DNA from: Patescibacteria group bacterium
Lineage (GTDB): Bacteria; Patescibacteriota; Patescibacteriia; Patescibacteriales; UBA12465
Assembly (NCBI GenBank): GCA_041651355.1
Contig: JBAZJK010000001.1
Coordinates: 293,883-357,882 of the forward strand
Direction: 5' to 3'
Length of the DNA: 64,000 bases
A program made the translations under genes and the position numbers. Within the stretch, counting starts at the first letter, position 1; every line of letters begins with the position of its first letter. Shown in pieces: positions 29,683 to 38,422 of the stretch. The notes beneath the pieces are model-generated. The model saw nothing but the letters and a program-made list of their open reading frames with translations, ran no database searches and was not told the origin of the DNA.

Positions 29683-29697
29683 TTAAAATATAAACTT

Positions 29698-30090
29698 ATG
29701 AATAAAGTTACACACTTTGAATTTCCCTGGGATGATAAGGACAGAGCCAAATCTTTTTATCAAAATGTTTTTGGCTGGAAGCCTTTCGAATGGGAACAAT
29801 TTTCTTATACTAGTTGGCAGACCGGTCCAGTCGATGAAAAGATGCAGCCCACTGAGTTTGGATTTATCAATGGTGGTTCCAGTAAGCGCGATCCGCAGAT
29901 GCCTTATCCAATGTTTTACGTCGATGTGGAGGATATTGACGCGACCCTTGAAAAAATTATCGCTCAGGGAGGCGCGATCGTGAGAGGGAAGACCCCTCTT
30001 GGAGAAAATGGCAGCATGGGTTTCTTGGCTTGGTTTAAAGATTCCGAAGGTAATATTCTAGGTTTGTCCCAATATAAACAATCGGCCTGA
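29698..30090 (+). CDS. VOC-family protein (glyoxalase / bleomycin-resistance fold)
   Basis: 130 aa. VTHFEFPWDDKDRAKSFYQNVFGW N-terminus and FKDSEGNILGL C-terminal motif. Confidence 0.7.
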   Translation: MNKVTHFEFPWDDKDRAKSFYQNVFGWKPFEWEQFSYTSWQTGPVDEKMQPTEFGFINGGSSKRDPQMPYPMFYVDVEDIDATLEKIIAQGGAIVRGKTPLGENGSMGFLAWFKDSEGNILGLSQYKQSA

Positions 30091-30094
30091 TGTT

Positions 30095-30718
30095 ATGAGA
30101 CAAGAGATTATAAAAGAAATAATCGATAATAAATTATTATATATTTCTCCGGATATAGATGAAAAAGATTGGGTGCTGCTAAAAAATAATAGTCGCACGC
30201 CAATTTTTTTAGATACATCAAAATTTATTTCTTTTCCTGAATTATTATATAAGGTAAATCTTTTAGTGATTGATATTATCAAAGATAATTCAATCATTTT
30301 TGATAAAATATTGGGTATCCCTTATGGAGGATTGCCATTTAGTTATGGCGTCACCAATATATTGAAAGCGCCTGGCCTAACAATCAGGAAAGAAGGTTAT
30401 AAAGATTATAGTACTAAAGGGGAGTTGTTGGGTAATTACCAACAAGGGGATAAGGTCCTGATTATTGAAGATGCTACCGTGACAGCTAATACCGTCATGG
30501 GCTTTGTAAACAAATTAAAAGCCAATGCCCTAGAAATCAATGACGTGATTACGATTTTAGATATCGAAAAATCAGCCCAAGCTAACCTAGCTAAGTTAGG
30601 AGTGAATTTGCAGGCCTTATTTACCTGGAAAGAGCTATATGAAAGCTACAAAAAAGAGTATCCTGGTGTTATCACTAGGGATATGGAACTTTTCTTAGAT
30701 GCATTTGTGAGCAATTAG
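30095..30718 (+). CDS. Type I phosphoribosyltransferase (orotate PRTase-like)
   Basis: PRPP-binding loop KVLIIEDATVTANT. 207 aa. Confidence 0.65.
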   Translation: MRQEIIKEIIDNKLLYISPDIDEKDWVLLKNNSRTPIFLDTSKFISFPELLYKVNLLVIDIIKDNSIIFDKILGIPYGGLPFSYGVTNILKAPGLTIRKEGYKDYSTKGELLGNYQQGDKVLIIEDATVTANTVMGFVNKLKANALEINDVITILDIEKSAQANLAKLGVNLQALFTWKELYESYKKEYPGVITRDMELFLDAFVSN

Positions 30719-30756
30719 TTTGGGATACGTATATTTAAAATCAATAATCAAACGAT

Positions 30757-31377
30757 ATGAAATTTTATCTTTCTTCATACAAGCTCGGAGACAGGGTTGG
30801 AGAATTAACCCAGCTTATTAATGGCCTCCCTAAGAGGGCAGTCTATATTCCTAATGCTTTGGATTTTGCTTCCGACCTGGAGAGACGGCAGAAGAGCGAG
30901 GACGGGGATCTGAGCGAATTATCTGTTCTGGGTCTTGGTATCGAACGGGTCGACCTCCGTGATTATTTCGGTAAAAAAGACGAGCTTAAGGAGAAGCTGT
31001 CTGCCTGTGGCCTTATTTATGTCCGGGGCGGTAATGTTTTTGTTCTCAGACAAGCCATGAAACTGAGCGGTTTTGATGACATCTTGAAAGAAATCAGCTC
31101 CCGGAACGATTTAGTTTACGGCGGCTATAGCGCCGGCGCTTGCGTGTTAGCTCCTTCTTTGCGTGGCGCCGAATTAGTTGATGACATAAGTGTTTTTCCC
31201 TATGAAGCTAATGACAGGGTTATTTGGGAAGGTCTTGGTCTTATAAGCTATGCCATCTTGCCTCATTTTCGCTCCGATCATCCAGAATCAGCGGCTATGG
31301 AGAAGGTCTTAGAATTTTATATTTCTTCGAAAATCCCCTTCGTAGCCCTAAAAGATGGAGAGGTTTTAATCTTTTGA
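30757..31377 (+). CDS. Peptidase S51 family (dipeptidase E-like)
   Basis: YVRGGNVFVL and GGYSAGACVLAP nucleophile-elbow motifs. Confidence 0.7.
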   Translation: MKFYLSSYKLGDRVGELTQLINGLPKRAVYIPNALDFASDLERRQKSEDGDLSELSVLGLGIERVDLRDYFGKKDELKEKLSACGLIYVRGGNVFVLRQAMKLSGFDDILKEISSRNDLVYGGYSAGACVLAPSLRGAELVDDISVFPYEANDRVIWEGLGLISYAILPHFRSDHPESAAMEKVLEFYISSKIPFVALKDGEVLIF

Positions 31378-31381
31378 TTAT

Positions 31382-31410
31382 TTGACTTCTTGCCTTTTAT
31401 ATGATATTAT
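31382..31410 (+). promoter_or_regulatory. Sigma70-like promoter for the helicase gene
   Basis: TTGACT, 17-nt spacer, TATTAT. Confidence 0.55.
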
Positions 31411-31481
31411 AGACTATTATAATAATCGGATTCGAATCTCATATTTAAGTGATCTTGAGAAAATCGGGTCACTTATTTTTT

Positions 31482-32744
31482 ATGACTGAAAAAACAAATC
31501 TTGAAGTCGCTTCCCAAGCTAAGCAGGGTTTTAACGATCTCGGAATCAGCGCTTCGATCGTCAAAATAATTACCGGCTTAGGACTTGAGACTCCGACTCC
31601 AATCCAAAGAAAAACTATGCCGCTGGCCTTAGCTGGCCAAGATGTAATCGGCATTGCCCAGACAGGAACCGGCAAAACCTTAGCCTTCGGCGTGCCGATG
31701 ATTGAGCGCTTGGCCCAACTCAAGGGCCAGGGCCTAATCGTCGCCCCGACCCGCGAATTAGCTCTGCAAGTCGAGGAAAGCATCAAAAAGATTGGTCGCC
31801 CCCTAGGCTTGCGGACAGCGGTCTTAATAGGCGGCGAAGCTCTAGACCGCCAGCTTTTTTGCTTGCGCAAAAAGCCGCATATAGTTATCGCTACTCCGGG
31901 GCGCCTGATTGATCATCTTAAACGTCGGACCTATCGCTTAGACCAGGTTAAGGTCATCGTGCTAGACGAAGCCGACATGATGTTAGACCTTGGTTTTGCT
32001 CCCCAGATTGCCGAAATAATGGAACAGGCTCCCTCAGAGCGCCAGACCATGCTTTTTTCGGCTACTATGCCAGCAGCCATCGTCAAGATTGCGGCTAAAT
32101 ATATGAAGACGCCGGTCAGTATCGAGGTGGCGCCTCCAGGAACGACAGCCGAACAGGTTGATCAGGAGATATTTATCATTAATGGTGAAGAACGCCTGAC
32201 GCATCTGCAAAAGATCTTGGCCCGCTATTCTGGCTCAGTCTTGGTGTTCGTCCGTACTAAGCACGGAGTGAAAGCGTTGACGATCAAATTGAAAGCGGCT
32301 GGTCATCGGGCGGTAGAAATCCATTCCAATCTTTCTCTCGGCCGTCGAAAGGCTGCTTTGGAGAGCTTTAAGAATAAGAAGGAACGAATCTTAGTGGCCA
32401 CTGATGTCGCCGCTCGCGGTTTGGATGTGAAGGGAATAGAATTGGTGGTTAACTATAACCTACCGGACTGTTCGGAAGATTATGTCCATCGTATCGGCCG
32501 GACCGGCCGAGCCGGCCAGCCGGGCAAGGCGATTTCTTTCGCGACAGCCGGTGAAAGCCGGGAGATAAGAGCAATCGAAAAGTTGATTAATAAGAATATC
32601 AAGCGGACGGAGTTCGTGAAACTAATCAAGCCGGTTCATCCCGCCACAGCTAAAAAGAGAAGGCGCTTCCAACCCAAACCGGCCAAAAAGGGTCAAGCTC
32701 CTTTTGCCAAGCGCTTCCGCAAGCCAAAGTATAGAAAAAATTAA
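31482..32744 (+). CDS. DEAD-box ATP-dependent RNA helicase with a basic C-terminal tail
   Basis: Q motif TPIQ, AQTGTGKT, DEAD, SAT, HRIGRTGRAG. The ATG at 31482 is preferred over the GTG at 31449. Confidence 0.9.
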   Translation: MTEKTNLEVASQAKQGFNDLGISASIVKIITGLGLETPTPIQRKTMPLALAGQDVIGIAQTGTGKTLAFGVPMIERLAQLKGQGLIVAPTRELALQVEESIKKIGRPLGLRTAVLIGGEALDRQLFCLRKKPHIVIATPGRLIDHLKRRTYRLDQVKVIVLDEADMMLDLGFAPQIAEIMEQAPSERQTMLFSATMPAAIVKIAAKYMKTPVSIEVAPPGTTAEQVDQEIFIINGEERLTHLQKILARYSGSVLVFVRTKHGVKALTIKLKAAGHRAVEIHSNLSLGRRKAALESFKNKKERILVATDVAARGLDVKGIELVVNYNLPDCSEDYVHRIGRTGRAGQPGKAISFATAGESREIRAIEKLINKNIKRTEFVKLIKPVHPATAKKRRRFQPKPAKKGQAPFAKRFRKPKYRKN

Positions 32745-32750
32745 TATTAA

Positions 32751-32789
32751 TAGACAAAATACCGCTTTCCGTGGTATTTTTGTTATATA
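32751..32789 (+). repeat. Intergenic hairpin-promoter module, copy D
   Basis: TAGACAAAATACCGCTTTCCGTGGTATTTTTGTTATATA. Lies 6 nt after the helicase stop and 17 nt before the next ATG. Confidence 0.8.
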
Positions 32790-32805
32790 AATAGACTCTA
32801 AAAAT

Positions 32806-33282
32806 ATGCTAGATCTCAAACAGCTCAAAGACTTCTTGGCCAAAGCTAAAAAAGCCGGCTATGCTAGCGGCGAAACGGCCGTTAAGGCAGTTGAGGAAGA
32901 TAAGTCTAAGACTATTGTTTTTGAAGAAGGAGACTTTAAGTATCATGATAATTATTTTGGCGGCGAACCCTACGGAGGCAGGGAAGTTGTCTTTTTTAAG
33001 GGTGAGCCAGTCTATCTGATGGTCTATTATGGTTTGGTTAAAGAAGATATTAGCGACTTCAAGGCAGTCTATCGGATCCTGCAGAAATCGCTATCTTTGA
33101 TTCCAGCTGACTACCCATATCGCGGGCCCAAGGAATTTAGTGAAGGGGATTATAGATACCAGAATGATTTTATGGGCGAGATTAATGATTTTTCCGGCGA
33201 AGAGCTGATAGAATTCCAAGGCCGGGAAATATATCGGGCTAAGTATATCGGCGGTTTGGTCGACCAAAGGAAAGAAGAATAA
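32806..33282 (+). CDS. Hypothetical protein
   Basis: 158-aa ORF preceded by module copy D. No catalytic motif recognised. Confidence 0.6.
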   Translation: MLDLKQLKDFLAKAKKAGYASGETAVKAVEEDKSKTIVFEEGDFKYHDNYFGGEPYGGREVVFFKGEPVYLMVYYGLVKEDISDFKAVYRILQKSLSLIPADYPYRGPKEFSEGDYRYQNDFMGEINDFSGEELIEFQGREIYRAKYIGGLVDQRKEE

Positions 33283-33297
33283 AATCTAAAAAGAATT

Positions 33298-34224
33298 ATG
33301 CTATTATCATCTCTTCTGCTTTTACTAGCCTTGTTCGTAGTCGTAAAAAGCGCTAATTTTGCCATTCATTATGCTACCCTCTTAGCCGAAAGTTTGAGTT
33401 TGCCTAAATATGTAGTGGGTTTTGCCGTGGTGGCAGTCATCTCTATCTTGCCGGAAACTTTTGTTGCGGTGACTTCAGCGCTTGAAGGTCTGCCGGCTTT
33501 CGGCTTAGGCACCCTGTTCGGATCTAATATCGCCGATTTGACTTTAGTTTTTGCCTTGGTAGTCTTCTTGTCCGGCCGGAAGCTGAAGATAGAGAGCCGC
33601 CTGATCAAGAATCGCTTCTTCCATATCGGCGCGATGGCGGTTCCGATTATCTTGGGTTTAGATGGCCGCTATTCCAGGTGGGACGCCTTGATTTTGATCT
33701 TAGCCGGTATCGCGTTTTATTATGTCATCTTGAAGAAGAATATTTATATCGCCAAAACCGATCGGGAAAAGTTCCGTATCCAGAATATTCTCCTCTTATT
33801 ATTAAGTATGGCCGGCTTATTAGCTGGTTCGCATTTTACCGTCAGATACGGAGTCAGCCTGGCTAATAGCTTAGAGATCAGCCCAATCTTAATCGGCATG
33901 CTAGTCGTCGGTCTAGGCACGACCTTACCGGAACTATTTTTTTCCGTTAAAGCCGCCCGGCACCATCACGACGATTTAGCCCTGGGAGATATCTTGGGCA
34001 CGGTTATCGCTGACGCTACCATCGTGGTCGGGCTCATCGCCCTGATTAGTCCCTTTTCCTTTAATCTAAGGATTATCTATATTACTGGCGCCTTTATGTT
34101 TCTGGCCACCTTTCTTTTGTTTATCTTCATGAAGTCAGACAAAAGATTGAGCCGGAAAGAAGCGGGGTTACTTTTCCTTTTCTATGTCATATTCGTCATT
34201 ACTGAGTTCTTAGCTAACCGTTAG
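33298..34224 (+). CDS. Ca2+/cation antiporter (CaCA, YrbG-like)
   Basis: Two alpha-repeat motifs, GSNIADLTLVFALV and GDILGTVIADATIVVGL. 308 aa, polytopic. Confidence 0.75.
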   Translation: MLLSSLLLLLALFVVVKSANFAIHYATLLAESLSLPKYVVGFAVVAVISILPETFVAVTSALEGLPAFGLGTLFGSNIADLTLVFALVVFLSGRKLKIESRLIKNRFFHIGAMAVPIILGLDGRYSRWDALILILAGIAFYYVILKKNIYIAKTDREKFRIQNILLLLLSMAGLLAGSHFTVRYGVSLANSLEISPILIGMLVVGLGTTLPELFFSVKAARHHHDDLALGDILGTVIADATIVVGLIALISPFSFNLRIIYITGAFMFLATFLLFIFMKSDKRLSRKEAGLLFLFYVIFVITEFLANR

Positions 34225-34252
34225 TCCTGCCTTTGGATTTAATCTTTAATCT

Positions 34253-34280
34253 AAAAAACTTGCCTTCAGGCAAGTTTTTT
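34253..34280. terminator. Bidirectional terminator
   Basis: AACTTGCC-TTCA-GGCAAGTT, flanked by an A6 run and a T6 run. Confidence 0.8.
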
Positions 34281-34291
34281 GATGTAAGTAA

Positions 34292-35293
34292 TTATTTGTC
34301 ATCTTCATTCTTGGCGGCTTGGGCGCGATTGTTCACTTCATAGTTGGTATTCTGGGTTTCAAAGAAGTTGACCAGTTCTAAGGCGTCGGTGGCTGTCGCC
34401 ATCCACTTGGCCGGGTTAGTGGCTTTGAAATGCGCTTCAAAGCCTAGTTCTTCCAGGCGCCGGTCAGCTACGTATCGGACATATTGGTTGACGTAGTCAG
34501 CGTTAACGCCAAGGATGCCACGGGGAAACATATCTTGGTTATAGCTAGTTTCCAGGTTGACGCCGTTAATGATGATGTCCTTAATTTCTTGGCTGAATTC
34601 TTTGGTAACTATTTCCGGGTTCTCTTCCAGGATAGTCAGGATGAGATTGAGACCGAATTTAAGATGCAGGCTTTCATCCCTGACTACCCAATCGATCATC
34701 GAGCCGAAATTCCTTAATTGGCGTCGTTGACGGAAGCTGAGAGCGACCATAAAGCCGCTATAGAACCAGATGCCTTCCATCACGATATTATAGGCGACTA
34801 AGTTACGGACGAAATCTTTCTTGCCCTCGGCGGTCTCGATATCTAAAGTCATTTCCGTCATCCTTTTCAGGTGATTAGTAATGAAATCTTCCTTGGCTTT
34901 AATGGAGGGCGTGTCCAGGTGCTTCTTAAAGACTTCTTCTCGGTTCAAAGGGAAGGTCTCTAAGACGTATTCAAAGGCTAAGCAATGATTAGCCTCTTCC
35001 CACATTTGCTTAGCTAGATAAAGGTGGGCTTCCGGGGCTTTGAGATAGGGATAGACGCCAAGCGCTAGAGTCCGGTTCACTATCAATTCGGCCGGATTAA
35101 AGAAACTCATTAGGAAGCTGACAGCTTGCCTTTCATCATCAGTCATCTTCTTCCAATCATCCAAGTCTTCGCCTAAGGCGATTTCATGAGGGAACCAGGT
35201 GTTAGCCACGGCTTGGTGATAGAGGTCATAGGCCCATTGATATTTTAAGGGACGAAGTTGCATGTCTTCGTTCAAAGGTTTTCCTAGTATCAT
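34292..35293 (-). CDS. nrdB: Class I ribonucleotide reductase small subunit (R2)
   Basis: 333 aa. Di-iron ligand helices (EEANHCLAFEY, ESLH). Immediately downstream of nrdA. Confidence 0.9.
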   Translation of the reverse strand: MILGKPLNEDMQLRPLKYQWAYDLYHQAVANTWFPHEIALGEDLDDWKKMTDDERQAVSFLMSFFNPAELIVNRTLALGVYPYLKAPEAHLYLAKQMWEEANHCLAFEYVLETFPLNREEVFKKHLDTPSIKAKEDFITNHLKRMTEMTLDIETAEGKKDFVRNLVAYNIVMEGIWFYSGFMVALSFRQRRQLRNFGSMIDWVVRDESLHLKFGLNLILTILEENPEIVTKEFSQEIKDIIINGVNLETSYNQDMFPRGILGVNADYVNQYVRYVADRRLEELGFEAHFKATNPAKWMATATDALELVNFFETQNTNYEVNNRAQAAKNEDDK

Positions 35294-35318
35294 ATTTTTT
35301 ATTGATTAATTATTTATA

Positions 35319-37781
35319 TTATTGGCAGCTGTCACAGAGTAAACGTTCTTGCGGATCGATAGGACAAGCTGTTTTGCCTGTCTTGGTTTCATTGCTAGCC
35401 CAGAGGGCGCCAAAGCCCTTTTTGCCGCTATTTTCCGCCTTGTTGACCTTAACGGTGCTTTGTTCAGCGGTGTGCCTAGGTTTGAGATGGAGATAATAGG
35501 TGGTTTTTAGGCCTTTTCCCCAGGCGGTTTGGTAGATTTTCATGATTTCATCGGTATCCCTGGTGCTTAGATACATGTTGCGGCTGATAGCCTGGTCGAC
35601 CCATTTTTGGGCCCGAGCGGCGATTTCGATGAAGGCTTTCGGATCGACCGAGAAAGAGTCTTTATAGATGTTTTTCAAGTTTAGGGGGATTTCTTCTATC
35701 TGGCTGAGGTCACCTTGAGCCGCTAGGATCTTTTCCCGAACTTTTTCCCAAATTCCCAGAGCCTTTAGTTCACTGGCGAGATTGAAGTTCAGTTCGAGAT
35801 ATTTACCCGATAGAGTGTTGCGGCTGAAAATCTGGGCGAAGCGCGGGTCGATACCGGTGGAGGTCCCGGCCACCAAGCCGATGTTGGCGGTTGGGGCGAT
35901 CGCGAGCAGGGTAGAGTTACGCATGCCTTGCCTGCTTTTATTTTTTAAAGCTTCCCAATCTAAATTCAGGTCCGATTTGCTCAAGCTCACGCTTATCTCC
36001 CGGCCGCGGTTATCAGCCAGGCGCTTGATCGTATCATAGGGCAGATAGCCTTTTGACCAGAGTGAACCGGAAAAGTTAGAGTATGAGCCTCTTTCTTGAG
36101 CTAGATCGGCACTGGTGTCTATCGCCTGGTAGCTGATGAATTCCATCAGCCGGTCGCTCAGCTCGAAAGCCTCGGGGCTATCATAGGCTAGGCCCATCTT
36201 TTCTAAGAGATCAGCTAGTCCCATCACCCCTAAACCTAGGGCGCGGTTATGGCTGTCGAAGTTAATGGCTTCTGGGACAGGCGGCTGGTTGATATCAACC
36301 AGGTTATCTAATTGCCTGATGCCTAAGCGGACGCTATCTTTCAAGTTTGCCCAGTCGATCTCGATCTTGTTTCCCTCGGTTTTTAGATGCCGAGCCAAGT
36401 TGAGAGACAGCAGGTTGCAAACCGCGACGTTGTCCTTGTTAGTCGGCAGGGTGATTTCGGTGCAGAGGTTGGAGCTATAGATCGGTCCGGTGTTGTCGTT
36501 TAGGGCCCTGATATTTATCGCATCCTTCCAGGTAAGCCAGGGGTGGGAGGTGCCCTGGAGAGAGATGATTATCTGCCGGAATTGTTCGCCGGCCTTTATC
36601 TTTTGGAAAGCGCGCAATTCACCTTTTTCCGCTTTCTCGATATATTCCTGGTACCTCTGGCTAAAAGCTTGCCCTGACAAATCGACTAAGTCAGGAGTTT
36701 CTTTGGGGTCGAACAGATACCACCAATCATTGTTATCTACTCTTTTCATGAATTCATCCGAAAGATAGACGGCGGTATCGGCTGTCCGGGTGCGACGATA
36801 GTCGTCGCCGGCATTTTGCTTGAGGTCAAGGAAGTCTTGGAAGTCTAAATGCCAGTTCTCCATATAGAAGCAGAGGGCGCCCATCTTTTTTCCGGCCCGG
36901 GAGATAGCCCTAATCGTCGAGTCGATAATATGCAGGAAGGGGACTGGTCCGGAAGAAAAGGTATTATTGGTGCTGATGGGAGAACCGTTAGCTCGGAGCT
37001 TGGTGACTGACAAGCCGATACCCCCGGTAGCTTTAGATAGTTTCATGACATCAGAAACGGTTTTACCGATGTGGTCGATGTTATCTTCCATATCCAGAAT
37101 GAAGCAGTTGCTCAGGGCCGGCTTTTTTGAGCCGGCATTGATATTGGTGGAGCCGCCGGGTATATATTCCAAGCGTGACATCTTGTGATAGAAGAGCTTG
37201 GCGCTAGCTGTCGGGTCCTTTTCTTTATAAGCCAGGCCCATCGCCACTCGCATCCAGAAGTATTGAGGACTTTCTTGGAGCTTCTGTTCGGCGCTTTTTA
37301 TGAGATAACGGTGCTTCATGGTTGAAAGACCAGTGTAGGTGAGGAGCTGATCCCTTTCTAAATCTAAAGCTTGGGCTAGTTCCTCTAGATTGAATACTTC
37401 TAATTCTGTACTGAGCCAAGCGGCTTTGATGGCCCGGGTAATATAGGCAGGGAAGCCATGGCGGTGTTTTTCAAGCAGTTCTGTCCGGTCTTTAAAATCC
37501 CCCAAGACTTCCTTATAGATGGTTTTGAGCAAGAGGCGGGTAGCGACAATATCGAAATCTGGATCGTCCTTGATGTTTTGGACAGCCGCGTTGATTAGAG
37601 CCTGGTCTAATTCCAGAGTCGTGATGCCATCATAGAGAGTCAGCTCGGTTTCGGTCGCGATCTGGGTGATCTTAGCGCTAGCTTCAGGCAGGCCAGCACA
37701 AGCGGCGGCCACGGCTCGGTTTATTTTATCAGCTTCGAAGGCTTCTAAGCGGCCATCGATTTTTTTTATATTGATCGGCAT
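35319..37781 (-). CDS. nrdA: Class I ribonucleotide reductase large subunit (R1) with N-terminal ATP-cone
   Basis: 820 aa. ATP-cone start MPINIKKIDGRLEAF. NLCTEI catalytic motif. C-terminal Cys pair region CPIDPQERLLCDSCQ. Confidence 0.93.
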   Translation of the reverse strand: MPINIKKIDGRLEAFEADKINRAVAAACAGLPEASAKITQIATETELTLYDGITTLELDQALINAAVQNIKDDPDFDIVATRLLLKTIYKEVLGDFKDRTELLEKHRHGFPAYITRAIKAAWLSTELEVFNLEELAQALDLERDQLLTYTGLSTMKHRYLIKSAEQKLQESPQYFWMRVAMGLAYKEKDPTASAKLFYHKMSRLEYIPGGSTNINAGSKKPALSNCFILDMEDNIDHIGKTVSDVMKLSKATGGIGLSVTKLRANGSPISTNNTFSSGPVPFLHIIDSTIRAISRAGKKMGALCFYMENWHLDFQDFLDLKQNAGDDYRRTRTADTAVYLSDEFMKRVDNNDWWYLFDPKETPDLVDLSGQAFSQRYQEYIEKAEKGELRAFQKIKAGEQFRQIIISLQGTSHPWLTWKDAINIRALNDNTGPIYSSNLCTEITLPTNKDNVAVCNLLSLNLARHLKTEGNKIEIDWANLKDSVRLGIRQLDNLVDINQPPVPEAINFDSHNRALGLGVMGLADLLEKMGLAYDSPEAFELSDRLMEFISYQAIDTSADLAQERGSYSNFSGSLWSKGYLPYDTIKRLADNRGREISVSLSKSDLNLDWEALKNKSRQGMRNSTLLAIAPTANIGLVAGTSTGIDPRFAQIFSRNTLSGKYLELNFNLASELKALGIWEKVREKILAAQGDLSQIEEIPLNLKNIYKDSFSVDPKAFIEIAARAQKWVDQAISRNMYLSTRDTDEIMKIYQTAWGKGLKTTYYLHLKPRHTAEQSTVKVNKAENSGKKGFGALWASNETKTGKTACPIDPQERLLCDSCQ

Positions 37782-37818
37782 AAGTTTGGGAAACGGTTAA
37801 ACTAAGAGTTTTAATCCA

Positions 37819-37867
37819 TTTCTATATATAGTGTTTAAAGTATTCTTTAGTATACCATATATTGTGT
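37819..37867 (-). promoter_or_regulatory. Two NrdR-box-like palindromes upstream of nrdA
   Basis: TTTCTATATATAGTGT (37819-37834) and ATACCATATATTGTGT (37852-37867), compared with the known NrdR box ACACnATATATnGTGT. Spacing is 33 bp. The first box matches on only one half. Confidence 0.5.
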
Positions 37868-38039
37868 TTATGTGCCAAGGCTAAAAAAGAGAGTTTATTG
37901 TAATCGCTTGTGGATAAGTTAAGCTAGCAATAAATGATTTTATTTTTTTAAATAAAAAAGACTGATTTTTATGATCAGTCCTTGAACCTTACACGGAGTT
38001 TTATTTTATATAGATTAAAATCATTCTTTCACTCTAGTA

Positions 38040-38069
38040 TTGACAAAATAACTATTTTAATGTTATAGT
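38040..38069 (+). promoter_or_regulatory. Sigma70-like promoter
   Basis: TTGACA, 18-nt spacer, TATAGT. Confidence 0.5.
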
Positions 38070-38107
38070 TTTTGTCTAAACGGTTCTTTTTTATAAAACC
38101 CTTGAAA

Positions 38108-38386
38108 ATGGCAAAATTGATAGCAACATTATTGGTAATTATCGTTAAAGTGATGCTCTACATGATTAAAATTATTTATTTTTTTACCCACTTTATATCA
38201 AAAATTGTAGAGATCGTAGTGACCCTCGCCATCTTCGGCTGTATTGGTTTTTTGCTTAAAGAGTTCGGCTCGCCCTGGATATTCATAGTTATTCTTGGGT
38301 CAGCTTTTTGGTTCATATGTTTTATCATATTATTGATTTGGAAACCAAAAACAATGAACAAACTGATAAGCGATATATTGAAATAA
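38108..38386 (+). CDS. Small membrane protein (3 TM)
   Basis: 92 aa from the ATG at 38108 (MAKLIATLLVIIV...). The track start at 38072 is a TTG. Confidence 0.5.
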   Translation: MAKLIATLLVIIVKVMLYMIKIIYFFTHFISKIVEIVVTLAIFGCIGFLLKEFGSPWIFIVILGSAFWFICFIILLIWKPKTMNKLISDILK

Positions 38387-38422
38387 TTTAAATGGGATGT
38401 AAAATCCCATTTTTTATTTAAC

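Larger units (their letters stand above)
24580..30720 (+). other. AT-rich accessory island adjacent to tRNA-Gln (no integrase seen; right boundary approximate)
   Basis: Base composition visibly shifts to AT-rich right after the tRNA (not computed). All genes are on the plus strand and are small resistance or detox-type functions. A degenerate copy of the tRNA T-arm/3' segment lies at 24693-24709 (14/17 identical). Confidence 0.55.

Noticed and set aside
31428-31440. GGATTCGAATCTC, a T-loop-like fragment near the right side of the island, considered as an attR-type repeat of tRNA-Gln
   Set aside because: Only about 10/13 identity to the tRNA-Gln T arm, and too short to distinguish from chance. 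It is not used to set the island boundary.
37961-37981. Hairpin GACTGAT-N7-ATCAGTC with a T run on the minus strand upstream of the nrdA regulatory region
   Set aside because: It is a plausible minus-strand terminator or insulator, but no upstream minus-strand gene ends nearby, so the assignment is uncertain and it is not listed as a feature.
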